Assembly (NCBI GenBank): GCA_045106415.1
Contig: JBGCEP010000009.1
Coordinates: 1-48,437, forward strand
Length of the DNA stretch: 48,437 bases
Source of the DNA: Oligoflexales bacterium
Lineage (GTDB): Bacteria; Bdellovibrionota_B; Oligoflexia; Oligoflexales; Bog-1112
Direction: 5' to 3'
Part shown: positions 29,051-37,691 of the stretch, piece by piece
How the letters are laid out: each line of letters opens with the position of its first letter
Numbering within the stretch: position 1 is the stretch's first letter
Translations under genes and position numbers: made by a program
The notes under the pieces: generated by a model
What the model saw: only the letters and a program-made list of their open reading frames with translations
Told to the model about the DNA's origin: nothing
Databases searched by the model: none

Positions 29051-30330
29051 GAGCAGCTGTCGGGTAATGATTCTGCTGCTGTTGCGTCCTCGTAATTCAG
29101 AATTGAGTTGAGGTTATCGCACACAGCAGTTTTGTTTTCGTTGAACGTTTCAAGCTCCGCTGCGCTGACATTTGGGCTGATTGTCGTGAGAGCGCTGTCT
29201 ACAGATGATGTGAGTACAGAGGCCATGCTTGATTGCATTTGTTCACGAAAGGCTTCGACTTTTTGATTTGCTGTGATGGTTTCAGATGCTTCTCCGCTTG
29301 TTTTTTGGGCTGCGGTTGTTAACTGATCAAAAGTTGATGTTAGCTGTTTTGTGACGGATTCAGGCATGCCAGCAATACCCGCAAAAGCTTCTGTGATCGC
29401 AGTGATATCGTCCATTGTTGCGTTCAACATGCCTGTTTCAGATGTGTCGAAAACTAATGAAAACAGTGTTTGAATCGTATTCATTTGTGTTGTGAAGGTT
29501 GCAAGTTCGCTTATGCTTGCTGGAGAAGATGCTTGCATTCTGTTGACGCGGAGTAGAAGGTTGCTGCTTGTTTCGGCAGCTGCATCCCCAGTCTTAGCGA
29601 ATGGGTTTAAATGAAGTTCAGTAATGTCGTCTTCGGTTGGGCTATAAGTCAAAACAGCATTGAATAGAATGGCTTCTGCTAAGTGAGCGATGGCCCATGT
29701 AAGGTCATGTTTAGCGACGACGTCTGATGTCTCTTCGCTAGCGGTGCATGCGTGTCGTGAGTCGTCAGCGGAGTTTTCTCGGAGCTTAGGGCTCACAAAA
29801 GGGCAAAGCAAAGAAATTGCTTCATTCACATATCTTAAAACAGACACAGTTTGTCTTGGGTCTGTCTCCGTTGCATCTAGTTTATTGGGGACAAGGACAG
29901 GAAGATCAGAGAAATCGTTTGTGTCGATGGTCCCAAGAGACTCAAAATCTTCATCTGTAATATTGAGAATGCTTGCAAGATCTGTGAATAAGTTGGATAC
30001 GCTATCGTCGTCAGCAAGCGCTGTGTCAGACTCAAGGTTGATGAGCTTGATGGTGACATCAAATGGGTCCACTCCCGCTTTCCCAAGAAGAATATTAGCG
30101 AGCAGTAAAGAAGCGTCACTGTGCTTAGGATCTGTTGCTAGTATTTTGCGTGCAGTGCTTTCAGCCGCGTTGTAATTGCCTGTGTTGTATTCGGAACGAG
30201 CCTGGATAAAACGATTTTTTATGCTTTCGTTAGATCCATCTAATGAAAATAAAGTACTGTTGATGTTTGTTTCAGATCCGCAGCTGGTACAAAGAAGGAA
30301 AAAGGCAGAAAAAATGTATGAATAACGCAT
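29047..30330 (-). CDS. acidic Thr/Ser/Ala-rich lipoprotein with N-terminal TPR
   Basis: Lipobox LCTSC; TPR-like ARSEYNTGNYNAAESTARKILATDPKHSDASLLLA; GGAG RBS. Confidence 0.75.
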   Translation of the reverse strand: MRYSYIFSAFFLLCTSCGSETNINSTLFSLDGSNESIKNRFIQARSEYNTGNYNAAESTARKILATDPKHSDASLLLANILLGKAGVDPFDVTIKLINLESDTALADDDSVSNLFTDLASILNITDEDFESLGTIDTNDFSDLPVLVPNKLDATETDPRQTVSVLRYVNEAISLLCPFVSPKLRENSADDSRHACTASEETSDVVAKHDLTWAIAHLAEAILFNAVLTYSPTEDDITELHLNPFAKTGDAAAETSSNLLLRVNRMQASSPASISELATFTTQMNTIQTLFSLVFDTSETGMLNATMDDITAITEAFAGIAGMPESVTKQLTSTFDQLTTAAQKTSGEASETITANQKVEAFREQMQSSMASVLTSSVDSALTTISPNVSAAELETFNENKTAVCDNLNSILNYEDATAAESLPDSCS

Positions 30331-30358
30331 GTGTCATCTCCGTTTTTTTATAGAGAGC

Positions 30359-30385
30359 TCATCGGCTTTTTGGAGATGATCTTTG
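30359..30385 (-). promoter_or_regulatory. putative sigma28 (FliA) promoter
   Basis: CAAAGATC-N11-GCCGATGA versus consensus TAAAGTTT-N11-GCCGATAA; 28 bp upstream of the ATG at 30330. Confidence 0.55.
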
Positions 30386-30454
30386 GTTTCAGCGATATGC
30401 TATATGAAAAATATGGTGTTTTATAATTAAGATATTAAGTGATTAGGATTTTAA

Positions 30455-30757
30455 TTATTCTTGCATGATGATGATTTCTTCTGTCTGACTTGTGGTGTGA
30501 TATTTATCTTTAAGTGCTTTTTGTGCGTACGCGGGCGATGAAGTGAGTCGATGGATTTCTTGCTCGAGGATGTGGGTTTCATTTGATAATTCATCAATTG
30601 TGAGGCTGAGGATCTTTCGGCTTTCTTCAAGGCGTAAGTAGTCTTGCCAAGACTGTTGACTTCTTACAATTCCAGTGACGAGTGTGCCAAGAGATATGAA
30701 AATAACAAACTGTTGAAAACGTAAAATAGATTTATCAGAAAAATCTGGTAAGTTCAT
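30455..30757 (-). CDS. ftsB: septum formation initiator (FtsB/DivIC family)
   Basis: Short N-terminus, one TM helix, leucine-zipper LEQEIHRL, C-terminal E.I pattern; 100 aa. Confidence 0.7.
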   Translation of the reverse strand: MNLPDFSDKSILRFQQFVIFISLGTLVTGIVRSQQSWQDYLRLEESRKILSLTIDELSNETHILEQEIHRLTSSPAYAQKALKDKYHTTSQTEEIIIMQE

Positions 30758-30768
30758 TTTTGTCCTTT

Positions 30769-32874
30769 TTATAGAGTGTCAGGTTTTCCAAAATTTCTTA
30801 GTTGTTGTGAATGAACTTTTCTTAATCCTACAAAATCAAAAGCGACAATGCAGAGTTGTTTTTGATGTTCCATTCTAACTTGTGTGATTGTTCCAAGTCC
30901 AAAGCTCGGATGCTCAACTCTTTGTCCTATTTGTACGCCATTTGTGTCGTGTGTGCTGGTTGTATCATGACATTGTGATGTATTGGTTTGTGGGATTTCA
31001 GTGAGGAATTGAGAAGGGGGGTTGCATTGTATATCTCGACCTTGTCTTCGGTATTCAGCTCTGTGTAGAGAGAGTTTTTGAGCTGCTCGAGTCATGCCAA
31101 CGTAGAGAAGTCTTCTTTCTTCTTCAAGCTGTTCTGGGTCATCCATGCAAGAAGAGTGTGGGAGGAGGCCGTCCTCTGTACCTACAATATAGACTCTTTG
31201 AAACTCTAAGCCTTTCGCGGCATGGAGAGTCATTAGGTTTACACCGCCTTCGTTCTCTTCAGGGCTGTCTTGTAAGGCTAAGTCTTGTAGCCATTGGTCG
31301 AGAGAGTGTGAGGGGTGTTGGTTTGAGTATTCATGAAATGCCGAAGAAAGTTCGTGAACGTTACTGATGCGTTCTTCAAAATCGTCAAATTTTTTACCTA
31401 AATAATCTGTGTAACCAAGGTGAGCAATGAGGATATCAATGGTGTCGCGTAGAGGTGAATGTTCAAGAGTTTTTTGGAGAGAGGTATATATGTCTATAAA
31501 ATTGGAGAATCTTTTGTTCCACAGTTTTAAATCTGTATTCGCGAGCTCTTGGGTTGCTTGAAAGAAGCTGGTGTTAGTATTTTCAGCGTGCTCTGTTATA
31601 AGGGAGATTCCTTTGGGGCCAATTTTACGAGCAGGGACGTTGATGATGCGCTTAAAAGCGACTTCGTCCCTGGGGTTGACAATGGCTCGAATCCAGCAGA
31701 GTAAATCTTTAATTTCAACGCGCTCATAAAACGCTAAAGCTCCGTGAATTTGATAAGGAATCATCCGGTGTCGCAGAGCTTCTTCTAAAGCGCGGGATTG
31801 ACTTTTGGTTCTATACAGAATGACTGTGTGGTCGTAAGAAATATCTTGTGCCTCATGTTCAATCTGTTGGATAACTTCCCATGCTTCTGCATTGCTGTCG
31901 TGATGAGTGTAAATACCGATTTCTTCGCCAGCAGGATTGTCTGTCCATAAAATTTTGTCTGCACGAACTTTATTGTGCTGAATAAGTGCAGAAGCTGCAT
32001 CCACGATATTTTTAGAACAACGATAATTTTGTTCAAGTCGAATTTCATGGGCATTAGCCCAATGCTCTTGAAAGGCGAGGATATGCTCGGGGTTTGCTCC
32101 CCTCCAGCTGTAAATAGCTTGGTCGTCATCTCCAACAACGCAAAGTTGGCAATCATCATGGTAGAGGTGATGAATGAGCTGAGATTGAGTGGTGTTCGTG
32201 TCTTGATATTCATCAACTAAAATGTGCTGATGGCGTCTTTGGATTCGCTCACGGAGATCTGGGCGCGTTTTTAAAAGTAGCAAAACATTGAGTTGGAGGT
32301 CAGCGAAATCCATTGCGTTAGATGCTGCGAGAATTTCTTGATAACGGATATAGATAGACGCGGTGAGAGGAGGGAGGCCAAAAAGTTTTTGCTGCTCTGC
32401 CGTGAGTGCTTGAGCATCTTGCGGCATAAGACCCATGGTCTTGAGATCAGATAGCGCTTCCATATAAGGCTTGATGTCTGCGCCTTGAAACAAGGCAGGG
32501 TGTTGGGCTCGAAACTCTTCAAGAGCTTTTTTTAAAGCTTCTTTAGATTCTTTTTGGCTGTAGATGGAAAACTGGCTTGAATACCCTAGGTGTTCACCAA
32601 ATTCTCGAAGCCAACGAGCGCATGTTCCATGAAAAGTACTGATGTGAACTTGGCGACCGAGAGGGGTAAGAGAGTGAAGCCTTTCTTTCATTTCTCGAGC
32701 GGCTTTGTTGGTAAAGGTCATTGCGAGAATGCGATAGGGAGGCACGCCTTCGGAAAGAGCTTTTGAAATTCGATGAGTAATGACTCGGGTTTTGCCACTG
32801 CCAGCACCCGCAAAAACAACAAGTGGTCCTAGGTTGTGATTGACGGCTTGCTGTTGTTGCGGGTTAAGGCTCAT
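30769..32874 (-). CDS. uvrD: ATP-dependent DNA helicase UvrD/PcrA
   Basis: AGAGSGKT, TFTNKAA, VDEYQD, VGDDDQAIYSWRGA, TLHAAKGLEF and EEERRLLYVGMTRA; C-terminal Tudor-like domain. Confidence 0.95.
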   Translation of the reverse strand: MSLNPQQQQAVNHNLGPLVVFAGAGSGKTRVITHRISKALSEGVPPYRILAMTFTNKAAREMKERLHSLTPLGRQVHISTFHGTCARWLREFGEHLGYSSQFSIYSQKESKEALKKALEEFRAQHPALFQGADIKPYMEALSDLKTMGLMPQDAQALTAEQQKLFGLPPLTASIYIRYQEILAASNAMDFADLQLNVLLLLKTRPDLRERIQRRHQHILVDEYQDTNTTQSQLIHHLYHDDCQLCVVGDDDQAIYSWRGANPEHILAFQEHWANAHEIRLEQNYRCSKNIVDAASALIQHNKVRADKILWTDNPAGEEIGIYTHHDSNAEAWEVIQQIEHEAQDISYDHTVILYRTKSQSRALEEALRHRMIPYQIHGALAFYERVEIKDLLCWIRAIVNPRDEVAFKRIINVPARKIGPKGISLITEHAENTNTSFFQATQELANTDLKLWNKRFSNFIDIYTSLQKTLEHSPLRDTIDILIAHLGYTDYLGKKFDDFEERISNVHELSSAFHEYSNQHPSHSLDQWLQDLALQDSPEENEGGVNLMTLHAAKGLEFQRVYIVGTEDGLLPHSSCMDDPEQLEEERRLLYVGMTRAAQKLSLHRAEYRRQGRDIQCNPPSQFLTEIPQTNTSQCHDTTSTHDTNGVQIGQRVEHPSFGLGTITQVRMEHQKQLCIVAFDFVGLRKVHSQQLRNFGKPDTL

Positions 32875-32876
32875 AT

Positions 32877-34703
32877 TTATTCCACTGTGACGGATTTAGC
32901 TAGGTTTCGTGGTTGGTCCACGTCGGTCTCTCTTCGAAGTGCTACATAGTAAGAAAAGAGCTGAAGAGGAATAACAGAGAGAATGGCTTGAAGACAAGGG
33001 TCCTCGGTTTGTGGGCACGCAATCGTATTCTCACATAAGGAGGCCAGTCGAGATTCACCTTCGGCGCCAAAGCCAAGAATTTTTCCATCTCTGGCTTTGA
33101 TCTCTTCAAGATTAGCAAGAGTTTTCTCGTAGTGGTCGCATAATGGAGCTACAGCAATAATGGGCATGTCGCGATCGATGAGTGCGATGGGTCCATGCTT
33201 AAGTTCGCCACCTGCGTAACCTTCAGCGTGAATATAGCTTAATTCTTTGAGTTTTAATGCCCCCTCTAAAGCGACCGGGTAGCTGAAATGCCGGCCGATA
33301 AATAAACAGCTATTTACGGAAGTGTAGTGCGCGGAAAGTTTTTCGATCTCGCGGTCCGTGTTGATAGCTTGCTCTATTTTTAGAGGGAGTGTGCGTAATT
33401 GAGAGGTCGCTCGTAAGAGCTTTTCTTGTGAAGCGATGTTTTTGATTTTACCTATCGCTAACGCTAGAAAGTAAAAGCTTAAGACCATTGCGCTGAATGC
33501 TTTTGTAGAAGCAACGCCTATTTCAGGGCCAGCTTCCATATAAAGTGTGCTGGTTGAAAGCCGAGGAATAGATGAGTGTTGAACATTGCAAATAGCGAGA
33601 ACTTGGCAGCCGGCTTGCCTCGCGATTTGAACACATGCGAGCGTGTCAGCTGTTTCACCGGATTGAGTGACGGCGATAATAAGTGTTTGAGGATCAAGGT
33701 AAGGTTCTCTGGATCGGAACTCACTTGCGAGCTCAACTTGTACGGGAAGATGAGCCCAAGTCTCAAGGGCGTATCTTCCAAGCATTGAGGAAATATGAGC
33801 TGTTCCACATCCGACAATGTGAATAGATCGGATGTTGTGAATATTTATGTCAGATAAGCCTAGAGACTGTAAATTGACATCATCCCCTTTGAGGTGCCTT
33901 TGAACAGTGTTCGCTATGACGCCTGGTTGTTCATGGATTTCTTTTTTCATGAAGTGAGGGTAGCCGTTTTTTCCATATGCAGTGGCAGAATGATCTAGTT
34001 TAACTGGTTTAAGAGGTCGCTCTGTGCCGTGAAAATCCCATAGATTAACACCATCATGGCGGATGCGGGCCATCTCACCATCTTCAAGAAATAGAAATTG
34101 ATTGGTGTGTTCCATCATTGCCATTGTGTCACTAGCGAAAAAATTCTCGTCGCTGCCAAGGCCAACGACGAGCGGAGAGCCTTGTTTGACGAGATAAATA
34201 GCATCAGGTTCGTGGGAGCTTAAGACGCCTAAAGCCCATGCTCCTTTAAGTTTTTCAAGCACTGTCTGAATAGCTGTTTTGACATTTTGGGTATCTTTAA
34301 TGGCTTTTTCTAGTAAGTGAACAATGACTTCTGAGTCGGTGTCAGATGCAAATGTGACGCCTTCTTCAAGAAGCTCGATCTTGAGTTGCTGATAGTTTTC
34401 TAATATACCGTTGTGGACAATTGTAATGCCCTCGTTGCGATGAGGGTGAGCGTTGCGAGTGGTGGGAGGGCCATGAGTTGCCCAACGAGTGTGCCCCATA
34501 CCTATGGTTGCTTGCTCGGGCAGTTTGTGAAGGAGTGGCTTGAGTTGAGCAAGCTTTCCCTCAGATTTCACAAGATCAATGTGATCGTTGTGAGAAACGG
34601 CAATCCCAGAGGAGTCATAACCGCGATACTCAAGTCTTTGAAGTCCGTCGAATAAAATATCGAGTCCAGGTCGTTGGCCTGCAAATCCTATAATTCCGCA
34701 CAT
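32877..34703 (-). CDS. glmS: glutamine-fructose-6-phosphate transaminase
   Basis: MCGI, LEYRGYDS, GHTRWATHG, VASTKAF, ELKHGP and DVDQPRNLAKSVTVE motifs. Confidence 0.98.
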   Translation of the reverse strand: MCGIIGFAGQRPGLDILFDGLQRLEYRGYDSSGIAVSHNDHIDLVKSEGKLAQLKPLLHKLPEQATIGMGHTRWATHGPPTTRNAHPHRNEGITIVHNGILENYQQLKIELLEEGVTFASDTDSEVIVHLLEKAIKDTQNVKTAIQTVLEKLKGAWALGVLSSHEPDAIYLVKQGSPLVVGLGSDENFFASDTMAMMEHTNQFLFLEDGEMARIRHDGVNLWDFHGTERPLKPVKLDHSATAYGKNGYPHFMKKEIHEQPGVIANTVQRHLKGDDVNLQSLGLSDINIHNIRSIHIVGCGTAHISSMLGRYALETWAHLPVQVELASEFRSREPYLDPQTLIIAVTQSGETADTLACVQIARQAGCQVLAICNVQHSSIPRLSTSTLYMEAGPEIGVASTKAFSAMVLSFYFLALAIGKIKNIASQEKLLRATSQLRTLPLKIEQAINTDREIEKLSAHYTSVNSCLFIGRHFSYPVALEGALKLKELSYIHAEGYAGGELKHGPIALIDRDMPIIAVAPLCDHYEKTLANLEEIKARDGKILGFGAEGESRLASLCENTIACPQTEDPCLQAILSVIPLQLFSYYVALRRETDVDQPRNLAKSVTVE

Positions 34704-35497
34704 GATCTTTTCTCCATATAAGAGGTGATATGAGCAAGTTCTTCGGCGGTGTTAACGCCTAAAAAATCTTGCCATTGAGGAGTGATGTGCCCGTAAACAC
34801 TAATCCCTTGAAGTTGAGCATGATGAACGCAATCTGTAAGATAGTACTCGTTTTGCGCATTTTGAGGGCGTAGTTTTGTTAACAAAGAGCTTAATATTTT
34901 GATGTTTGCGAACAAAACACCAGTATTACAGAATGTTATGGATTTTTCTTGCTCGTTTGCATCACGTTCTTCTACGATCTTTAAAACACTGTCATCACGC
35001 ATGACAAGACGTCCATATCCGAATGGGCTAGGAGTGTCCATACCTAAAACAGCGAAATCTGTTTTTTTTGTTTGGCATGCGTCTAGAAACGTCGAAATTG
35101 TCTCAGCTTTTAGAGCTGGAGTGTCGCCAGTGCAAATGAGCACAAAGTCGGCGTTTGAAGGCGTGCCTTTGACGAGCTGTGTTACAGCGTAGGGAGCGGG
35201 GGCGAGGTGGTGGTATGCAGCTGCTGCTGAGGCGACGGCGTGGCCTGTTCCCATCGGGTTTTTTTGCGTACATGCTCTGAGGTTAGGGTGTGATGTGAGT
35301 ATTGGATGAAAAGGTTCAAGATTTTGAGATAAGACGAGAGTCTTGTCTTGAATGCAGGCTTTTTCAAGGGAATGTAAAACATGTTCCAGCATTGTCTTAT
35401 CTTGAACTTTGTGGAGCACTTTTGGGATATTGCTCTGCATGCGAGAGCCTCGTCCAGCGGCAAGTACTAAGGCTCCGATTTGGCCAGGGTGTTGCAT
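34688..35497 (-). CDS. glmU: GlcNAc-1-phosphate uridyltransferase (GlmU N-terminal domain only)
   Basis: LAAGRGSRM..PKVLH, GTGHAV, GDTP, GYGRL, IVEERD, NAQNEYYLTD and GVN. Stops at 269 aa with no hexapeptide acetyltransferase domain. Confidence 0.88.
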   Translation of the reverse strand: MQHPGQIGALVLAAGRGSRMQSNIPKVLHKVQDKTMLEHVLHSLEKACIQDKTLVLSQNLEPFHPILTSHPNLRACTQKNPMGTGHAVASAAAAYHHLAPAPYAVTQLVKGTPSNADFVLICTGDTPALKAETISTFLDACQTKKTDFAVLGMDTPSPFGYGRLVMRDDSVLKIVEERDANEQEKSITFCNTGVLFANIKILSSLLTKLRPQNAQNEYYLTDCVHHAQLQGISVYGHITPQWQDFLGVNTAEELAHITSYMEKRSCAEL

Positions 35498-35709
35498 AGA
35501 GATCCTTATATAGAAACAACGTGTGCCTTTTGTTTTTTAACAATATAACAGGATGTCGAAATGTGAAATCTTGATCTCTTAGTTGAGGTCTGCAATAGCA
35601 GAATTCTTTAAAAAGGTTTAGAAATCCTTCGACTCTAAAGAGTAAGAGCGGTTATGATGCAAGGGGCGTGATTGCGCTATGCTAAACATGTTTGGATTTG
35701 AGGTTCTGT

Positions 35710-36462
35710 ATGAGTTTTTTTAGTGGTTTGATGGAATGGTACCGAAAAGGGCAAACAGAAAGATTACAGCGTGCGGTCGTGAAAAGTGCCAAGGTAGTTA
35801 GGAATTCAAAAGCAAATCGTGACGATAGGAAAGATGCTTTGGCGTTTTTTGTCCAATTAGAGGATGTTGCGTTAGCTGCTCCGGTTTTGTTGGATCGTTT
35901 TGAATACAGCTTAGAGCATGGGATTAATGATACCCGTGAAAAAGAAAGTGCTATGGAAGGTTTGGTGAAATATAAAGATGCTGTTCTTCCGTATGTAGAG
36001 AAAAAACTTCTTGCGACAGAAAAAATTGCATGGCCTATTAAAGTGCTCATGGAGTTGACGGATGAAGAAAAACGGGTTGAGATTTTACAAAACTGTTTGT
36101 CTCTTGATGATGTCGCGTTGGAGCAGGCAAAAGTAGATAAGAACTATGATGTTTTGTGCTACCTCGCCGATTACACGTGTGTTGACTTAAAAAAGATTGT
36201 GCCATTTTTAAAGGATCCGGACGAGAGAGTGCGGTTTGCGGCTGCAGCAGTTGTGATCGATAACTCTGGGGCTTCTGGCCCAGAGTTTTTAGAGAATTTT
36301 TTGGTGGATGAGTCTTCTGAGAATAGAAGAATTCATAGATTGGTTGTTGAGGCTTTTGTTGATAAGGGTTGGCCTGTAAAGGAATTAGAGCCAGGACCGC
36401 TTACGGCAGGGTTGGTTGTAACTCAAGATAAGCTGGTGAGGCAGGCTTCTCACTCTGTGTAG
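35710..36462 (+). CDS. HEAT-repeat protein
   Basis: Helical repeats such as LKKIVPFLKDPDERVRFAAA and LENFLVDESSENRRI; GAGG RBS. Confidence 0.75.
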   Translation: MSFFSGLMEWYRKGQTERLQRAVVKSAKVVRNSKANRDDRKDALAFFVQLEDVALAAPVLLDRFEYSLEHGINDTREKESAMEGLVKYKDAVLPYVEKKLLATEKIAWPIKVLMELTDEEKRVEILQNCLSLDDVALEQAKVDKNYDVLCYLADYTCVDLKKIVPFLKDPDERVRFAAAAVVIDNSGASGPEFLENFLVDESSENRRIHRLVVEAFVDKGWPVKELEPGPLTAGLVVTQDKLVRQASHSV

Positions 36463-37558
36463 AAATACGAGGCAGTGCGCTGTTGATGCGAGTTATGATT
36501 TCATAATGAATGCTCTGGGCGCGGGTTGCGATATCTTCAGCTAAAATCTCCTCCTTTTCATCTTTGCCGAGGAGGGTTGCTGTGTCCCCAGGTTTTGCTC
36601 GCTCAGGAAGATCTGTGACGTCAACCATCATCATGTTCATGCAAATGCGTCCAAGTATTGAACATCTTTTGCCGTGAATGAGCACATCACCGGAGCTAGC
36701 AAGGCGAGGGTACCCTTCGTAGTATCCAACAGGTATAACGGCGATATCAGTTGCTCTTCGTGTTTTGTAGTGACACCCATACCCAACGTAAGAACCGTCT
36801 TCGATGTGTTTAACTGTGGTGAGCCGTGCTCTCCAGCTGAGTACAGGTTTAAGTTGAGACCGCAAAGGAGAGTCAGGCATTTGAGACCCTGGCCATAGGC
36901 CGTAAAGTCCTATGCCGATTCGAGTAATGTCAAGCCTTGTGTTGGGTATGACCAGTGCAGCGGCGGTGGCGGCGGAGTGAATAAGTGGCTTGAGGCCTTG
37001 TTTGTGGAATTTGTTGGTGAGGTCAAGGAGGGAATGAAGTTGAGTGTGAGCCCAAGAGGTGTCCATGCTGTCTTCGACGTCGGCGAAGTGTGTATAGATG
37101 CCTCGAATGAAGATGTAGTCTGTATGAAGAATTTGCGAGAGGGCTTGAGGGAATGTTGTGGGCAAAAATCCTTGCCTACTCATTCCTGTATCTACCTTTA
37201 AATGAATGTTCGGTTTGTTTTTAAGGTTGAGCCAAAGGTTTAAGATCTCAAAAGAACCTATTGTTATGTCGAGATGTTGGCTATGACTTAAGGAGAGTTC
37301 TTCGCGTGTGAGAATAGGTCCCATGACGAGAATGTTGCCTTGATACATTGTGTTTCTTAGAGCAAACCCTTCAGCTACGCTGTTGACGCCGATCCACTTG
37401 GGGTTTTGTGGTATGAGAGCAGCTGCTATTTTGGTCAACCCATGTCCGTAAGCATTGGATTTTAAAATCGGCATGACAGGGGTTTTTCCGCAGAGACCTG
37501 AGAATGTCTGGTAGTTTTTGATAAGATTTTTCTCGTTGATTTCTACCCATGTATGCAT
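36401..37558 (-). CDS. alr: alanine racemase
   Basis: ILKSNAYGHG (PLP Lys), HLKVDTGMSR, THFA, RIGIGLYG, VGYG and GRICMN motifs. Confidence 0.96.
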   Translation of the reverse strand: MHTWVEINEKNLIKNYQTFSGLCGKTPVMPILKSNAYGHGLTKIAAALIPQNPKWIGVNSVAEGFALRNTMYQGNILVMGPILTREELSLSHSQHLDITIGSFEILNLWLNLKNKPNIHLKVDTGMSRQGFLPTTFPQALSQILHTDYIFIRGIYTHFADVEDSMDTSWAHTQLHSLLDLTNKFHKQGLKPLIHSAATAAALVIPNTRLDITRIGIGLYGLWPGSQMPDSPLRSQLKPVLSWRARLTTVKHIEDGSYVGYGCHYKTRRATDIAVIPVGYYEGYPRLASSGDVLIHGKRCSILGRICMNMMMVDVTDLPERAKPGDTATLLGKDEKEEILAEDIATRAQSIHYEIITRINSALPRISTQSEKPASPAYLELQPTLP

Positions 37559-37691
37559 GTGACCCCCTTTTTGTGTCAGCTCTTTGCTATCTTATTTTTT
37601 AATGATTCTGCAAGATCGGATATTTAGCAAAAAAAATTGCAATAGAATTTAAAACGGTTTATAAGAAGCCCGGTTTGTGTCTGGAGAAAAT

